From the NCBI RefSeq assembly GCF_963921235.1, contig NC_086097.1, positions 241,802,001 through 241,866,000 on the forward strand: a stretch of 64,000 bases of DNA, written 5' to 3'. The DNA comes from Mobula hypostoma (lineage: Eukaryota). Every line of letters starts with the position of its first letter. Position 1 is the first letter of the stretch. The notes beneath the pieces were generated by a model. The model was not told where the DNA came from. It did not search any database and saw only the letters and a program-made list of their open reading frames with translations. Made by a program: the position numbers and the translations under genes. This document shows, piece after piece, positions 50,575 to 64,000 of this stretch.

Positions 50575-50875
50575 ATCCGTTATGCTGCTGGCATTTAGCA
50601 ACAAAGGTCCTCTATCTCTCTCTGTCCATACTGTCTCACACAGATGTGGAAGGATTCTTCATTGCTATTTCCATAACAATCTTTTTTTGACCAGTCAAGG
50701 TTGTTAGCCCTGGGCTGAACCCCCGAACCTGGAGGACCGCTGAACCACTCTCAGTCTGGCCTCTACCGTTTGACCTGTTTGTCATGGGTGACCCTACCAA
50801 AAGCTGAAGCACTAGGCCCCGACTCCAGCCAACACAGCTCTCTGGGTCATTGAGGCACAACAAGGCCTCTTGGAG
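50575..50875 (-). mobile_element. RTE-like non-autonomous element (5' UTR-like head)
   Basis: Minus strand ggtagggtcacccatgacaaacaggtcaaacgg, resembling RTE 5' ends; short match at ~5990-6020. Confidence 0.55.
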
Positions 50876-51544
50876 GAACTAATTGATTAGATTCCAGTTA
50901 ATTGGTCCTTTTGAAGGCAGTAGCAGCCTTTTCTAACTGGAGACCTTCATTATCGGTCTAGAATAAAGAAAAAATGAACAGTTAATGATGTACCAGAATT
51001 CAAAACTTCATAAAAATAAATCAAAAATACTGGATGTGGTCAAATTTCATGATCCAGACGAGAAGTAAAAACAATTTAGGTCACCTCTACCTCTGAAAAA
51101 GAAAGTGAGGTGAATAACTTCTGTACTCGTCTTCCACAAAACAACATAAGTGGTGCTTTTATGCAGTGGTCAGCTAAGTACATGACATCTTTATTACAAG
51201 TGGAAAGTGAAAGAAATATTTCACAAGTCAGGCAGTATTGTAGTAAAGAAAGTTATTGCTTTAGTTCAATGACATTTCATTAGAACTGGAAAATGTTAGA
51301 ACAAGTTTTAAGCTAATACATTGGCAGGAAATCAAAGTAAAAGGTTCAAAGTAAATGTATTATCAAAGTTCATACATGTCACTATATACTATCCTGAGAC
51401 TTATTTTCTTGCAGCATTCACAGTAGATAAAAAGAAACACAATAGAATTAATGAAAAACTACACACAAAGATGGACAAACAACCAAGATGCAAATGATGA
51501 CATATTGCAATAGAGAGACAGATAGGTAGATAGATAGATGAAAA

Positions 51545-52095
51545 ATGATATCGTGGACAATTCTGATTTGATGGAGAGGGACGAGAAAGCACAGAGGAAC
51601 AGCTGGAAAAATTTCTGAAACGCTCGTTCGCTGCTGTCATTACTGTGCGGTCGGGAATCTTTCGGAGGGAAGGCCTCAAAATCCCCGGCTTTGCCTGCTG
51701 TTGGCGACCGAGAAGGAGGTAGAATCGTTCAGATAGAGATGGCGCTCAGTACTCAGTGTCGGGGAGCTGATCAGAGCTTGAAGTTTTCGGATGACTCAGA
51801 GTCGGACCATGGTCGGGTATGGCAGGGAGAGTTTTTCTTCCTTCTCCCGTCTGTGTGAGATGTGGGACATTTGAGAGACTTTGATCTTTTACTGTGCTCA
51901 TGGACTTCTTCATCAAGTTATGGTATTGCTGCACCGTTGTAACTATATGTTATAATTATGTGGTTTTGTTAGTTTTTTTCAGTCTTGGTCTGTCCTGTGT
52001 TTTGTGATATCACACCGGAGGAAATATTGTATCATTTCTTAATGCATGCATTACTAAATGACAATAAAAGAGGACTGCGTGTCGTCATAATCAAA
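51545..52095 (+). mobile_element. Family B non-autonomous retroelement
   Basis: Homologous to 9519-10179. Confidence 0.7.
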
Positions 52096-54567
52096 AAAAA
52101 TTAATTTCAGAAAATGAGTTATAGAGTCCTTGTTCAGTGAGTCTTTTGGTTATGGAATTAGCTCTGTGTTGAGGTGAGTGAAGTTATCCCCACTGGTTCA
52201 AGAGTCTGCTGGTTGAAGGGTAATAACTGTTTCTACACCTGGTGGTGTGGATCCCAAGGCTCCTGTACCTTCTTCCCGATGGCAGCAGTGAGAAGAGAGC
52301 ATGTCCTGGATGGTGGGGGACCTTGATGATGGATGCTGATTTCTTGTGACAGTGCTCCTTATAAATGTGCTCAATGAGGAAAGAACAAAAGTTAAAAAAA
52401 CTGTAATAGTCAATAAAGATTAAGTGACAAAAGGGGTTGATAAGTGGGCAAATTAAAAAATTAGACAAGGTACAAGTGGACCTTGGCTCAAATGAGGGCT
52501 AGGTGCAATTAAGGTTGATGGCTGCGACAAAACAATGACAGCCTGGTAAATAACTTGTTGACATTTGTCACTGGCGAAAAGGATATGGTGTCAAAAGAAT
52601 TGCCGCCCAGTTCCAAAGATTAGAGGGTGACTGTCAAAGCAACAAGAGCCCCATTGTTGTCAGTTGGTTTAACAATCTGGGCTTTACATGGATCTTGGGC
52701 ACAACCTTAAGTTATTTCATGCTTAACAATGTCATAATCTTACACAAACATCTTGGTAAAGTTGAAAGATTAGCTTTATTTATCACATGTACATCAAAAC
52801 ATAGTGAAATGCATTGTTTGCCTCAACGATCAACACAGTCCAAGGATATGCTGCTGGTAGCCCAGAAGTTTTGCCACGCTACTGGCATCAACATAGCATG
52901 TCCACTAACCCATGCAGGAGGAAATTGGAGCACCTGGAGGAACCAAACGCAGCCAAGGGAAGAACATACAAACTCCATAAAGACAGCGGTGGAATTGAAC
53001 CCGGAGAGCTGGCACTGTAATAGCCCTGTGCTAACTGCTACGATACCATGCTGCCGTATCTGCATTTATGCTACGTAGCAAAATCTGATGATTGGCTGTC
53101 CATTGCATCTGATAATGACAGAGGACTTGTGAGGGAAAATTTTTAAAGTGGAAAAGCCATTACACTAGGGCAGTTCCACTCTCTCGACCCCGGAAGCCCA
53201 GTTCCAGTGGTAAGAGTAGTCATCACAAGTTAGCGTCTTCCTTGGTTGCAGTGGATGGCCATGACTCTTCTGTACCTTGCCATGCCCTTCGCTCTCAACA
53301 AGGTGTTGCAGAACCACCTTCCTGGCTGTTGGAGCTTGCTGTTGATCTCATCTGCCCAGTCCACCGGAGCTGACTTCACATGCTAGGCCAGGCACGTACC
53401 TACCTCACCACCAGCAACTCTCACCTGGTTTAGCCCGCCTGTCGAAGCGGTGTCCCAGGGCGTGACCGCTGGCGCATGCAAACAGCCACTCAGCAAAATA
53501 TACAAATACTGGAAATCTTAAAAAGAGTAAGTGCTGCAAATAAAAGGCTAACCGGATAGTATCCAACTTATCTGACAAAAAATGGTGGGAAAATTCTGAT
53601 GAGAGGCCTGTGAACTCTCTTCAAATATTGTCAGATCTGTTATGTTCTTCCAACATCTTTCATTTTTAATATCATCCTCATCTCATCACTAGAAGCAGCA
53701 CACTGTTAATACATAGATCATCAAGCTTCATTATCAAGGAAGTCAAGATAATTTGTTAAATATCACAAAAGAACATTTATTATCTTTACAGAGGGATGTA
53801 ATATACATTTGACACTGCATCAGTAATAGTCCATTACACTGCTTCACTGGGAAGGAACAGTTGATTGACATGGCTGCAGCAGTTTGTAAATTAGCTCTTT
53901 CATGTTCAAAACAAATACTCTCAAACTACCTTCTCTACTGATACAGGACATCACTGCAACTCATTAGAGCTGTTAGAAACCTTGCACATTTTTTTATATA
54001 GAGATTTAATGCTTGATGCCAGATACAATCAGAAGTGAAGAAATAATGTTTTCAATGAAGCTAAAAGCGACAATCTCTCAATCCACATTTGTTTTCTTTT
54101 AATTTTCGCTATAATTGTGCCTGCAAAATATTTTTCTACTTCAATGGTACTGCCTGGAATAGTTAAGACATCTTTGATCATTAAAGACAAAAATATCCAT
54201 ACTAACAAATCAAGATTCTGAGAAGCTGAGTTTGGGGCATTACTTCAGTAATTTTGTAACTATCCTTCTCTGGTCACTCTTTGATACCAACATATGAGTA
54301 AAGTTTATTTTGATTAATATTTAGTACTTGAGAAAACTGAACCGCAAGTGGAATAGTGTATTGTTATGTAACTTAAATCAGTGCAAATTATAATTTTCAG
54401 CTGGTATTGGTTATCTTGTAAGCTTCATGGCCCCAATTATAATTGTAGAAGCATGCAGAATAGAAACTGGTTTGGCAAATATACTAGGGACATTAAGGAA
54501 GCTCTTAGAAGCACATGTGGACGATAGAAAGATGGAAGACTATGTGGGAGGGAAGAGTTAGAACAAA

Positions 54568-54895
54568 GACCAAAGATATAGGAGAAGAATTAGGCCATTC
54601 GAGTCCACTCTGCCATTTCATCATGGTTGATTTATTATGCCTCAAATCTCCATTCTCTTGCCTTCTCACTGTAACATTTGACATCCTTACTAATCAAGAA
54701 CCTGTCAACCTCCACTTTAAATATACCCCTACTTGGCCCTCAAAAACCATCTGTTACACAGATTCACCACCCTCTAGCTAAAGAAATTCCTCCTCTTCTC
54801 TATTCTAAAGGCATTCTTCTATTCTGAGGCTCTGCCCTCTGGGCCTAGACTCCCCCGATATAGGAAATATCCTTCTCCACTCTATCTAGCCCTTT
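54568..54895 (-). mobile_element. CR1 3' fragment
   Basis: Same 3' body as 43712-44182. Confidence 0.8.
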
Positions 54896-57014
54896 CAGAT
54901 TGATCTCAGAGTAGGATAAAAGGTCGGTCCAACACTGTGGGCTGAAGGACCTGTAACTATTGCTGTATTGCTCTACCATTTCAAATCAATCATTGCGAAC
55001 TCTTCAGAATTCCAGAGATACATAATATCCTTTTATTATAATTATCACAATTTTGTACAAATTTGTCAATTATTCACCCAAATCCTCCTTGGCTTGAAGG
55101 AAAACATGAATGAGAGAGAAACTATTAGAGTAACAAAGCAGCACTAATCAATATCTGCATAGCAAGGAGTAACAACAGTTTTAAAAGAGATATTCAGGAT
55201 ACAAATATTCTAACTATTCTCGTTATTTTTGTTGCTGTTGTTGCTTAGGTTGTTCTGTGAAAATGCTAAGCATGCTATATAAAGACCCTTCTCACAGGCT
55301 AACATGAGAGGTAGGGCGGCAAGGTGGAGATGTGTCTCCTACAAAGGAAGTGTAAGGCGCTCCTTCCCTCCGCTTGCCTGCAGGCCACCCCTGGGCAGGA
55401 GGTAGCACCTACTTAGTCCCACCCTCCCCCCACGATCATGGTCACATGAAGTTCTGGGGGGTGGTGGATGGTCATTTGAGCAGCTGGTGCATATCACAAG
55501 TCCTGTTATGCAACCACTGACACCAGGCAGATCATCTCTGAAGAGTATTGGTAACAGCTGCGGTCACCCGTCTTGTAAAGACTCTGACCAGAAGGCAATG
55601 GAAAATCACTTCTGTAGAAAAATTTGCCAAGAACAATCACAGTCATGGAAAGACCATGATCACCTACGTTATACAACACGGCGCATTACGGATGAATGTA
55701 AGGTGACTGGAGGAAAGTATAAGGAGGGGGTACGTCAGATGCAAGTTGTTGTTGTTTTACACAGAGAGTAGTGGGTACATGGAATGCGCTGCCAGGGTGT
55801 GGTGGCTGGACAGATACACTAGAGACATTTCAGAAACTCTTAGATATGCATATAGATGATGGAAAATGGAGGGCTATGTGGGAGGGAAGGATTAGATTGA
55901 TTTTCGAGCAAGTTAAAAGCTTGGCACAATATTGTGGGCCAAAGAGGCTGCCATGTGCTGTAATGTCCTGCGCTCTGTGGGAAAGGAGGCAGCATGCTGT
56001 CTGGAGACACACAAACTGCAGAGGCTGGAATCTGCAGCTAAAAGTGAAATAAATTGTTCGAAAAACTCAGCAGGCTGACCAGCAACTGTGGAAGGGATGT
56101 TTTGTGCTGAGATCCTGCATCAGGACTAAGAGTGCTGCAGAAAGGTAGCCATTTTAAAGAGGTGAGAAGGACTGGAACTAATAGGCAACAGGTAGAACCA
56201 GATTGGAGGGAAGTTTGAATGGTTAGAATGATGGGCAGATCAAACCAGGTGGGGGACTGGATAGGAAAGTTAAACGCAGCAGTACAAAACCCTGGTGGAT
56301 GGGGATGTGGCTGATGGGCAGAGGGAACCAGGTAGGGGAGTGTTAGCTCTGGGTTAACAAAGGGAGTGGGTGGAAAAGGTGGAGAGACCCTGGGTGGACA
56401 TTCAAATAATTTATGAAAATCAGAAAGAACCAGATCACAGAGCAGATCCTGCAGTGCACTACACGTCATTGACCTCCAGGCAGAATACGCTCCATCTACA
56501 ACCACCCTCTGCTTTCTATAGGTATCCACACAGCCATGTTTTGCTGGTTCCCATGCCTTCTGACTTTCTGAATGACCTTGCCATCAAGAACCTGCAGTGT
56601 TTGATCTTCCATGTGCCAACAGTATCAGAGCAATTGGGTGGTATTGATGTAATAACAGTGTTTTGAACTTGAGTTATCAGGACACCACAAAACATGATTT
56701 CAAAATAAAATGTGCAAAAACACAGAAATAATTGAAAATACTGAGGCATAATTATTCCAATAAATCTGAATTTGCCAATTTTTTTTCCTTTTAATCTGTT
56801 GAAGTATGGGACTAAACTGAATTGCATCAGGGCCTCCTCTGGGTAATACTCTCCGTAGTCTTCACAGCTGCACTTCTCTGGAGCAGATCTGCAGACCTGT
56901 GACAGATGCCAAAATAGGCAAAATTTTGCCTTCTCCCAAAGATGCCATTGATCTTAACAGCTTAAATAAAAATTGCTGAATTTGAAGAAAAGATTAGTTT
57001 ACAAGTTGTTGGCA

Positions 57015-57810
57015 AACTTCAGATGGTGACGAGAAAGTGTACAGGAGCGAGATATATCTTCTAGTTGAGTGAAGTCACAGCAACAACTCTGCACTCAATG
57101 TCAGTAAGACCAAAGGATTGATTGTGGACTTCAGAAAGGCTAAGAGAAGTGAACACACATCAGTCCTCATAGAGGGATCAGAAGTGGAAAGAGTGAGCAG
57201 TTTCAAGTTCCTGAGTGTCAACATCTCTGCGGTCTATCCAGGGCCCAACATATTGATGCAGTTACAAAGAAGGCACAGTAGCAACTATATTTCAATAGGA
57301 GTTGGAGGAGATTTGGCAAGTCACCAAAGAAACTCACAAATTTCTACAGATGAACTGTGGAGAACATTCTTACTGAGTGCATCACCGTCTGGTATGGGAT
57401 GGAGGGGGGGTGCTACTGCACATGATCGAAGTTGAAGAAAGTTGTCAGCTCCATCATGGGCACTAGCCTCCTCAGCCTCTAGGACATCTTCAAGGAGCGA
57501 TGCCTCATAAAGGTGGCATCCATTATTAAGGACCCCCCATCACCCAAGCCATGCCCTCTTCGCATTGCTACAATCAGGGAGGAGGTACTGAAGCCTGAGG
57601 TATAGACTCAACAATTCAGGAACAGCTTCTTCCCCTCTTCCATCAGATTTCCGAATGGACATTGAACCCATGAACACTACTTCACTATTTTTTAAATTTA
57701 ATACTGTAATTCATTTTTTATTATGTATTGCATTGGACTATAGCTGCATAACAACAAATTTCACAATGTATGCCCGTGATAATAGACCTGATTTTGACTC
57801 TTGATTCTGA
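57015..57810 (+). mobile_element. Rex1/Babar-like LINE 3' fragment
   Basis: IVDFRKAKRSEHTSVLIEGSEVERVSSFKFLSVNIS; colinear with 6580-7320. Further tails at 58370-58745 and 60710-61050. Confidence 0.85.
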
Positions 57811-59702
57811 AATAATGAAAAGTTAATTAAAACATATAGCACAAAAATGTTTAAAACATCATTAAACAGAAACAAAGTTACTTGTGTCTTTTACCTCCTT
57901 AATTTGCATGCTATAGGCTCTACTGAAATCAGGGTTCAGTTCCTGCTCAGGGTCCCTGCTGACAAAGCAAAATGGTGATTCCCCATCATGATATTGAGGA
58001 ATCCCAGGAAAACTATTCACTGCCTTCTGATTCTGTGTGGAAATCCGCAGCAGGATGAACTGAGGGATACACAACAAAAATCACGCAGGCATGGCTTACT
58101 TTATGTAAGATGTAAATAAGTTCCCCTCTCTCTAGTTTATAAATTGGTTGCCTGATGAACCAATCTTTCACTTCCAACTTCATACCTTTCCTGTCCAGAT
58201 CAGTGGGACATTCCCTAGTTGGTTCCACCAACAATTACCTCGAAGTTTATCACTGGGTTCCAGAATTTTGATTTAGTATGGTAGATCCATGTTCTTTAGA
58301 AACTAATCTAAGACGACCAGTTTCTTAAGGACATGGATAAGAAACTAGTGTGGTGGAGCCACTACACAGGACTGGAAAAAGCTACAGAGGGTTGTGAACT
58401 CAGACAGCTTCATCATGGGCACCAGCCTCCCCACCATCATGGACACCTTCAATAGTCTATGGCTCAAGAGGGTGGCATCGATCATTAAGGACCCTCAACA
58501 CCCTCTTCTCATCTAATCAAGGAGGTGGTACAGGAGCCTGAAGACACACACTCAACATTTCAGGAATATTTTCTTCCCCTCCGCCATCAGATTTTTGGAG
58601 AGACCATGAACACTACGTCATTTTTTGCACTACTTATTTCTTATTGTAACTTAGTGATTTTTTTTTATGTACCACACTGTTCTGCTGCCACAAAACAACA
58701 AATTTTTCAATATAAGTCAGCAATAATAAACCGGATTCTGATTTTGGTCTGTCTTCCTTCCTGGCTGCATTGTACCAGTGAGTGCAGTCAGTGCGCAAAG
58801 CCAAAGAGACCAATGTTTGTTAACTGATGCAAAAGAGTGACCAATGTTCATGACACGTACAGTCTGAAAAGGCACTGCAGATAATCCAGATATCCATCCA
58901 TTCAAATGTAACAGAAGTGGGATAATAGAGATCCTGCCTAATTCGTCCCCTAATTAGGAATTACTGCAGCATCATGGAATCTTAAACAATTCAACCTTGC
59001 ATCTTCAGTGTGATTTAATGCTTCACTGGATACAGCAGTCTTAGAGATTCATGGTGAAATATGAAGTACCATGGTGATTAATGATCCAACAATACAATAT
59101 CCACACTACTGCATTCATCACTTTGAACCCAGAGAGAATTCCTGGCCAACCAGGGTGGTAAGGAGACACCTCAGCAATTAGCTTTTGCCACTCCATCAAG
59201 CAAGCAACAGAAGTGGAAATGATTTACATTTCATCATGCTATTGAACAACTGCTGTAGGAAGCGCTTTGGGCAGACAAATAGGAAAAATACAGCTTGCAT
59301 GTAAGCAGTAGTTTTCACAAACTCAGGATGTTTCATGGGTCCTCTCCAGGTTACAAATGGCCAATTTGTACATACAAGTGCATTCGGGAGACTGACAGGG
59401 TGGATTTACTGGCTGCAACTGGGCAGCCGACAGCTTCTGCTGTGTGGGAACTCAGCTTGTCACTGCATTTCCTACTTGTAAATTGCCTGGTTTACAAACA
59501 GTGCGTGGAAAAAGAACCCTACTGTAATCTGGGGAGGACCAACACAGTAAATCATATTCAGTTGGGAGGGTCTTCATCTGAATTGTGAAAGTGGGAAAAC
59601 AAGCTGGTTTAAAAATGTGGAGAAGTTGGGGACAAGAAGTGAAAGAACAGGACGAAGAGGATTTCTCTGATAAAGGTTGCAGAGCTGATTTCACTGTTTT
59701 GA

Positions 59703-59910
59703 ACACAAGAGATTCTGCAAATGCTGGAAACCTGGGGCAATGCAAACAAAATATTGGAGGAACTCAGCAAATCAGGCAGCATCTACGGGAAGAAATGAAC
59801 AGTCAACATTTCTGGCTGACACCCTTTATCAGGATTCATCAGCTGACACTTTATTCCTCTACATAGATGCTGCCTGACTTGCTAAGTTCCTCTAGCATTT
59901 TGTGTGTGTT
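59703..59910. mobile_element. Fold-back miniature PLE derivative
   Basis: ggaggaactcagcaaatcaggcagcatcta ... tagatgctgcctgacttgctaagttcctc inverted arms; decayed hammerhead in the loop. Confidence 0.75.
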
Positions 59911-60034
59911 ACCTAGTCAGTAAACCACTTTTCAGATGTGGCCACTATGGTAATGCAAGACAAAAAGGATATGATAAAATCATCTGAGTGAACCATGATG
60001 TAATTTTGCTACAACCAAAGGCCTCAGGCCAAAT

Positions 60035-60545
60035 TCGGAGTATTGAGTGCAGTTCTGATCACCTACCTACAGGAAAGATATCAATAAGATTGAAAGAGTA
60101 AAGAGTAAATTTACAAGGATTTTGCTGCGACTTGAGGACCTCAGTTACAGGGAAAGGCTGAATAGGTTAGGACTTTATTTCCTGGAGCATACAAAAAATG
60201 AGGGGAGATTTTGATAGGGGTAGACAAAATTATGAGTATAGATAGGGTAAATGTAAGCAAGCTCCTTCCACTCAGGATGGATGAGACCAGAACTAGAGGT
60301 CAAAGGTTAAGGGTGAAATGTGAAATGTTTAAGGGGAACATTTCCTCACTCAGAGTGTGGTGAGAGTATGTGGAATGAGCTGCCAGCACAAGTGGTGGAT
60401 GTGGGTTCAATTGCAATACTTAAGAGAAGTTTGGATAGGTACATGGATGGCAGGGGAACTGAGGGTTATGGTCTAAGTGCGCTTCAAAGGGACTAGGCAT
60501 AACAACAGCTTGGCATAGACCAAATGACCTGCAGCACTCTACAAC
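60035..60545 (+). mobile_element. CR1 3' fragment, older subfamily
   Basis: gagtattgagtgcagttctg..acaggaaagatatcaataagattgaaagagt..tggaatgagctgccag. Confidence 0.75.
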
Positions 60546-62296
60546 TCTGAATAACTTAACTAATGTTTCTGTACATAATTATGCAGAACTGCCTTCATCT
60601 CCACTTTCATTCGAGTTACAGCACTTAATTTGTTCTCACTTTCACCCACCTCCAGACATAAATATCTAACACCACGTAACCACTGTTCTCAGCTTCCTCG
60701 TCGAGAGACCAGTCAGCACAGATCAGTAGTAACATCTCCACCTCGCTGACAATCAACACAGGCACTCCTCAACGATACATGCTTAGCCCACTGCTCTACT
60801 CTACTCATGACCCGTGCGGAAAAACACAGCCCAAACGCGATCACGGATGGCACCACTGTTGGTGACAAGGTGGTGTACAGGCAGATGAACTGGTAGGGTG
60901 GTGTCACAGCAACTTCTCCACATGTCATGAATCCATGACCACTAATCTGTTACAGTATTCCTCTTTTGCACTAGTTATTACCTACATTAATTTTTATGCC
61001 TTGCACTGTACTGCCACCACAAAACAACACACTTCACAACACGTCAGTGATAATGGGGCAGCCCTGTAGCGTAATGGTTAGCACAGCACTTTACAATACC
61101 AGCGAACCGGGTTCAACTCCCGCCATTGCCTGTAAGGAGTTTGTATGTTCTCCCCGTGACCACACTGGTTTCCTGCAATTGGTAGGTTAATAGGTTAAGT
61201 TGTCCCGTGAATTTCAGAATGTATATTATATACATTTCTCTGACAGTAAATGTACCTATTGAAACCTACTGATTAGGCTTGGCTCAAACTGGTGGTTGCT
61301 GGGCGGCGTGGCGCAAAGGGACAGAAGAACCTGTTCCATCCTCAATCAATCAATAAATAACTAACTTGATTCTGATTCAGTATTTGTCATCAATTGTGAA
61401 TTTCAGTTTATCATAAATTCTATTTGTATATCCTACAATACCCGCAAGAGATTCAGCAGTTGCTTAAGATTCAGAGTAACGTACACAAAATACTGGAGAA
61501 ATTCAGCAGGTCAGGCTGATGAAGGGTCTTGGTCCAAAATGTTGACTCTTCATTCCTCTCCTGACCTGACCTGCTGAGCTCCTCCAGTATTTTGTGTGTG
61601 GATTCTATACCATATCCTCCACTGGTCTACAATATGCACTATGTTTCCAAGATCTTACTTCAAAATCCTCATCCTAAGGTTGAAATTGCTTCATAACCAT
61701 GGTATCCCCAGTTCCAGTATTTCAATTGACTCCTTCCACATTAAATAACTTTTAATCCTTTTACATTGGGCCATTTAATAAAAATATGGTACTGGAATAA
61801 AAAGGAATAGAGAATGCAGGCCTAGTTAAGCAAGTCACGTTAAGTTACAATAACCTGCATTTATTTAGCACCTACACACAGCAAAACATCTGCACGCATT
61901 TCAAAGTGTGTAGCGTGGTAGTGTAGCAGTGAGCATAATGATTTTACAGTACCAGCAACCCAGGTTCATTTCCACTGCGGCCTGTAAGGAGTGCATTCTC
62001 CCCATGACTGCCTGGGTTTCCTTCGGGTGCTCCAGTTTTTCCCTACATCCTAAAGAGGTTAGTAGGTTAATTGCTCACGGGTGTAACTGGGTGGTGCCCA
62101 CTTGTTAGGGCCATTACTGTGCTGCATCTCTAAACAGATAAACAAAAACAATTTTTAATAGGATCTACAAAGGAAATAACAGAACAGATAAACAAAGGCT
62201 TGGTTAAAGTGATGGGAGTTACAAAGGGGGAAAAAGGCTGGGAAGTTGAAGTAGGAAATGCTGGAGCTGAAGGCCTCTACAGCTAATGGCGTGACG

Positions 62297-62975
62297 TAAA
62301 CACAGGAAAACCTGCAGATGCTGGGAATCCACACAAAATGCTGGAGGAACTCGGCAGGTCAGGCAACATCTATAGAAATTAAAGATAGTCAACATTTCAG
62401 CCGCAGCCCTTCTTCAGGACTGAGAAGGAAGGGGGAAGACACCAGAATGAAAAAGATAGAGGGATAGGAAAGAGGCAAGCTAGAAGTTGATAGGTGAAGT
62501 CAGGTGGATGGAAAAAGTCAAGGGCTGCAGAAGAATTAACCAAATAGGAGAGTGAACCATAGAAGAAAAGGGAAAGAGGAAGGGACCTAAAAGGAAGCAA
62601 TAGGCAGGTAAAAGGTCAGAGTGCGGAATAAAGGGGGGTGGAGGAGATCTGTTTACCAGAAGGAGAAATCAATTATAAGGGTGTTGCTCCTCCACCCTGA
62701 GGGTGGCCTCATCCCCGCACAAGTGGAGGATGTGGACTGACACATCGAAACAGAAATGGGAATGGGAACTAAAATGTTTGACCACCAAGAAGTCCTGCTT
62801 GTGGCAGATGGTGCGGAGGTGCTCGACAAAGTGGTTCCCCAATTTCTGACAGTCTTGCCAACGTAGGAGGCCGCATCCGGAGCGCCTGACACAATAGACA
62901 AACCCAGCAGATTCGCAGGTAAAGCATTGCCTCACCTAGGAGGACTGTTTTGGGCCCTGAATGGAGGTTGAAGGA
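62297..62975 (-). mobile_element. Penelope GIY-YIG/3' fragment
   Basis: QGPKQS..RQCFTCESAGFVYCVRRSGCGLL..HFVEHLR..LRVEEQH; decayed hammerhead at ~62388-62422. Confidence 0.85.
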
Positions 62976-63865
62976 GGAGGTAATTGTTCCTCCCTCGTGA
63001 CTGTCATCCCAATGGCATGGCAGTTAAATTCTGTAACGATCAAGTTGTTAAACCAGAAGGATTGCCGATACCTCAGTGAGTTGTCGGGCTGCAGATTACA
63101 TAGAGAGGGTAGAGCAAGCACAGAGAATCCCAAACACACCTAATCAGTGCAATTCCATTTGCTCCATCCTCACCTCCTCCACGACTGAGATTAACCACTT
63201 TCTCCCCTTCTCAGTTCTGATGAAGGAAAGCTGACTTGTTAGCTGCTACTTTTACTACCACAAACTCTGCCAGATTTGCAGGGTTTATCCAATATTTTCT
63301 GTATTTATTTCAGAATTCCAGCATCTGATTCTTTTTCATTTTCAGTGGTATTGCTTAACTGGGAAGTAATACAGGCTAACCGGCACAACGGTGCCGAGGA
63401 ACTACGAATGGAGGGACATGGGCAACAAAACTCTGGACGCGCTCCCGTACAAGGAAAGGTAGTATGTTGAACAAATTAAATTTTGACATAAAAATAGTTT
63501 GGACAAGGAACTCAGCAGATAAGAGATAGTGGTGTAGTTTGATGGTGTTAAAATTTTATTGTTTAGTAAGATATATTGTCTGAAACTCATTGCAAAGTCA
63601 AGCATAAAGTCGAAGTTTCAGACAAGATGATAGGAAAAGGAATGCCGTCAAGTGGGCAAGGTATCAAAGCCTGGGGTCTTCACAGCTTTTGGCCGATGGA
63701 AACTTCTACTCATCTTATATTGCATATCTGCCAAACAATACAACAATTGAGAGAGAGTGATGCAAACTATCTTTGTGGTGATGTGACACAGTTGAATACA
63801 TCAATAAGCATGTAGGAAATGATGTCGTAGATGCTGCTGAGAGGGTAGCACGAAAGTGAGAAATT

Positions 63866-64000
63866 AAGACCATAAGATAAAAGAACAGGATTAGGCCACT
63901 TAGCCAATTGAGTCTGCTCCACCATTTTATTATAGCTGATCCATTTTCCCTCTCAACCCCAGTACCTTTCCCCCGTATCCCCTTATGCCCTGACTAATCA
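63866..64000 (-). mobile_element. CR1 3' tail, truncated by the window end
   Basis: taagaccataagata..ttaggcc..gagtctgctcc. Confidence 0.75.

Noticed and set aside
125..63815. Most short ORFs in the ORF track
   Set aside because: Antisense or off-frame readings of TE fragments and low-complexity tracts
41028..64000. EIF3H exon 2 or exon 1
   Set aside because: No VVLKIIKHYQEE..DDADFDE-like minus-strand frame found by eye; presumably beyond the window

Overview
Vertebrate intronic DNA. The repeat content suggests a cartilaginous fish, probably a ray, but this is inference. The whole window lies inside the minus-strand EIF3H gene. Three coding exons are present (41027-40860, 38845-38746, 23683-23534, equivalent to human exons 3-5), all GT-AG and splicing in frame. 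I found no other EIF3H exons. The introns are packed with CR1, Rex1/Babar-like, RTE and Penelope retroelements, several SINE families, a Gypsy-type LTR element, and Tigger/Tc1 DNA transposons, often nested. The main unusual observations are: (1) a 179-bp circularly permuted piece of CYHR1/ZFTRAF1 coding sequence inside a TSD-flanked non-autonomous RTE-type element (18048-18638), consistent with capture through a circular intermediate; (2) many minimal hammerhead-ribozyme motifs on Penelope termini, plus ~150-200 bp fold-back Penelope derivatives; (3) an LTR element with intact cis signals whose gag-pol region is replaced by a hammerhead-bearing Penelope fragment; (4) a composite unit bounded by two ~65-bp MITEs. 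All homology calls come from recall of family motifs, not database searches. Repeat boundaries without a stated TSD are approximate.
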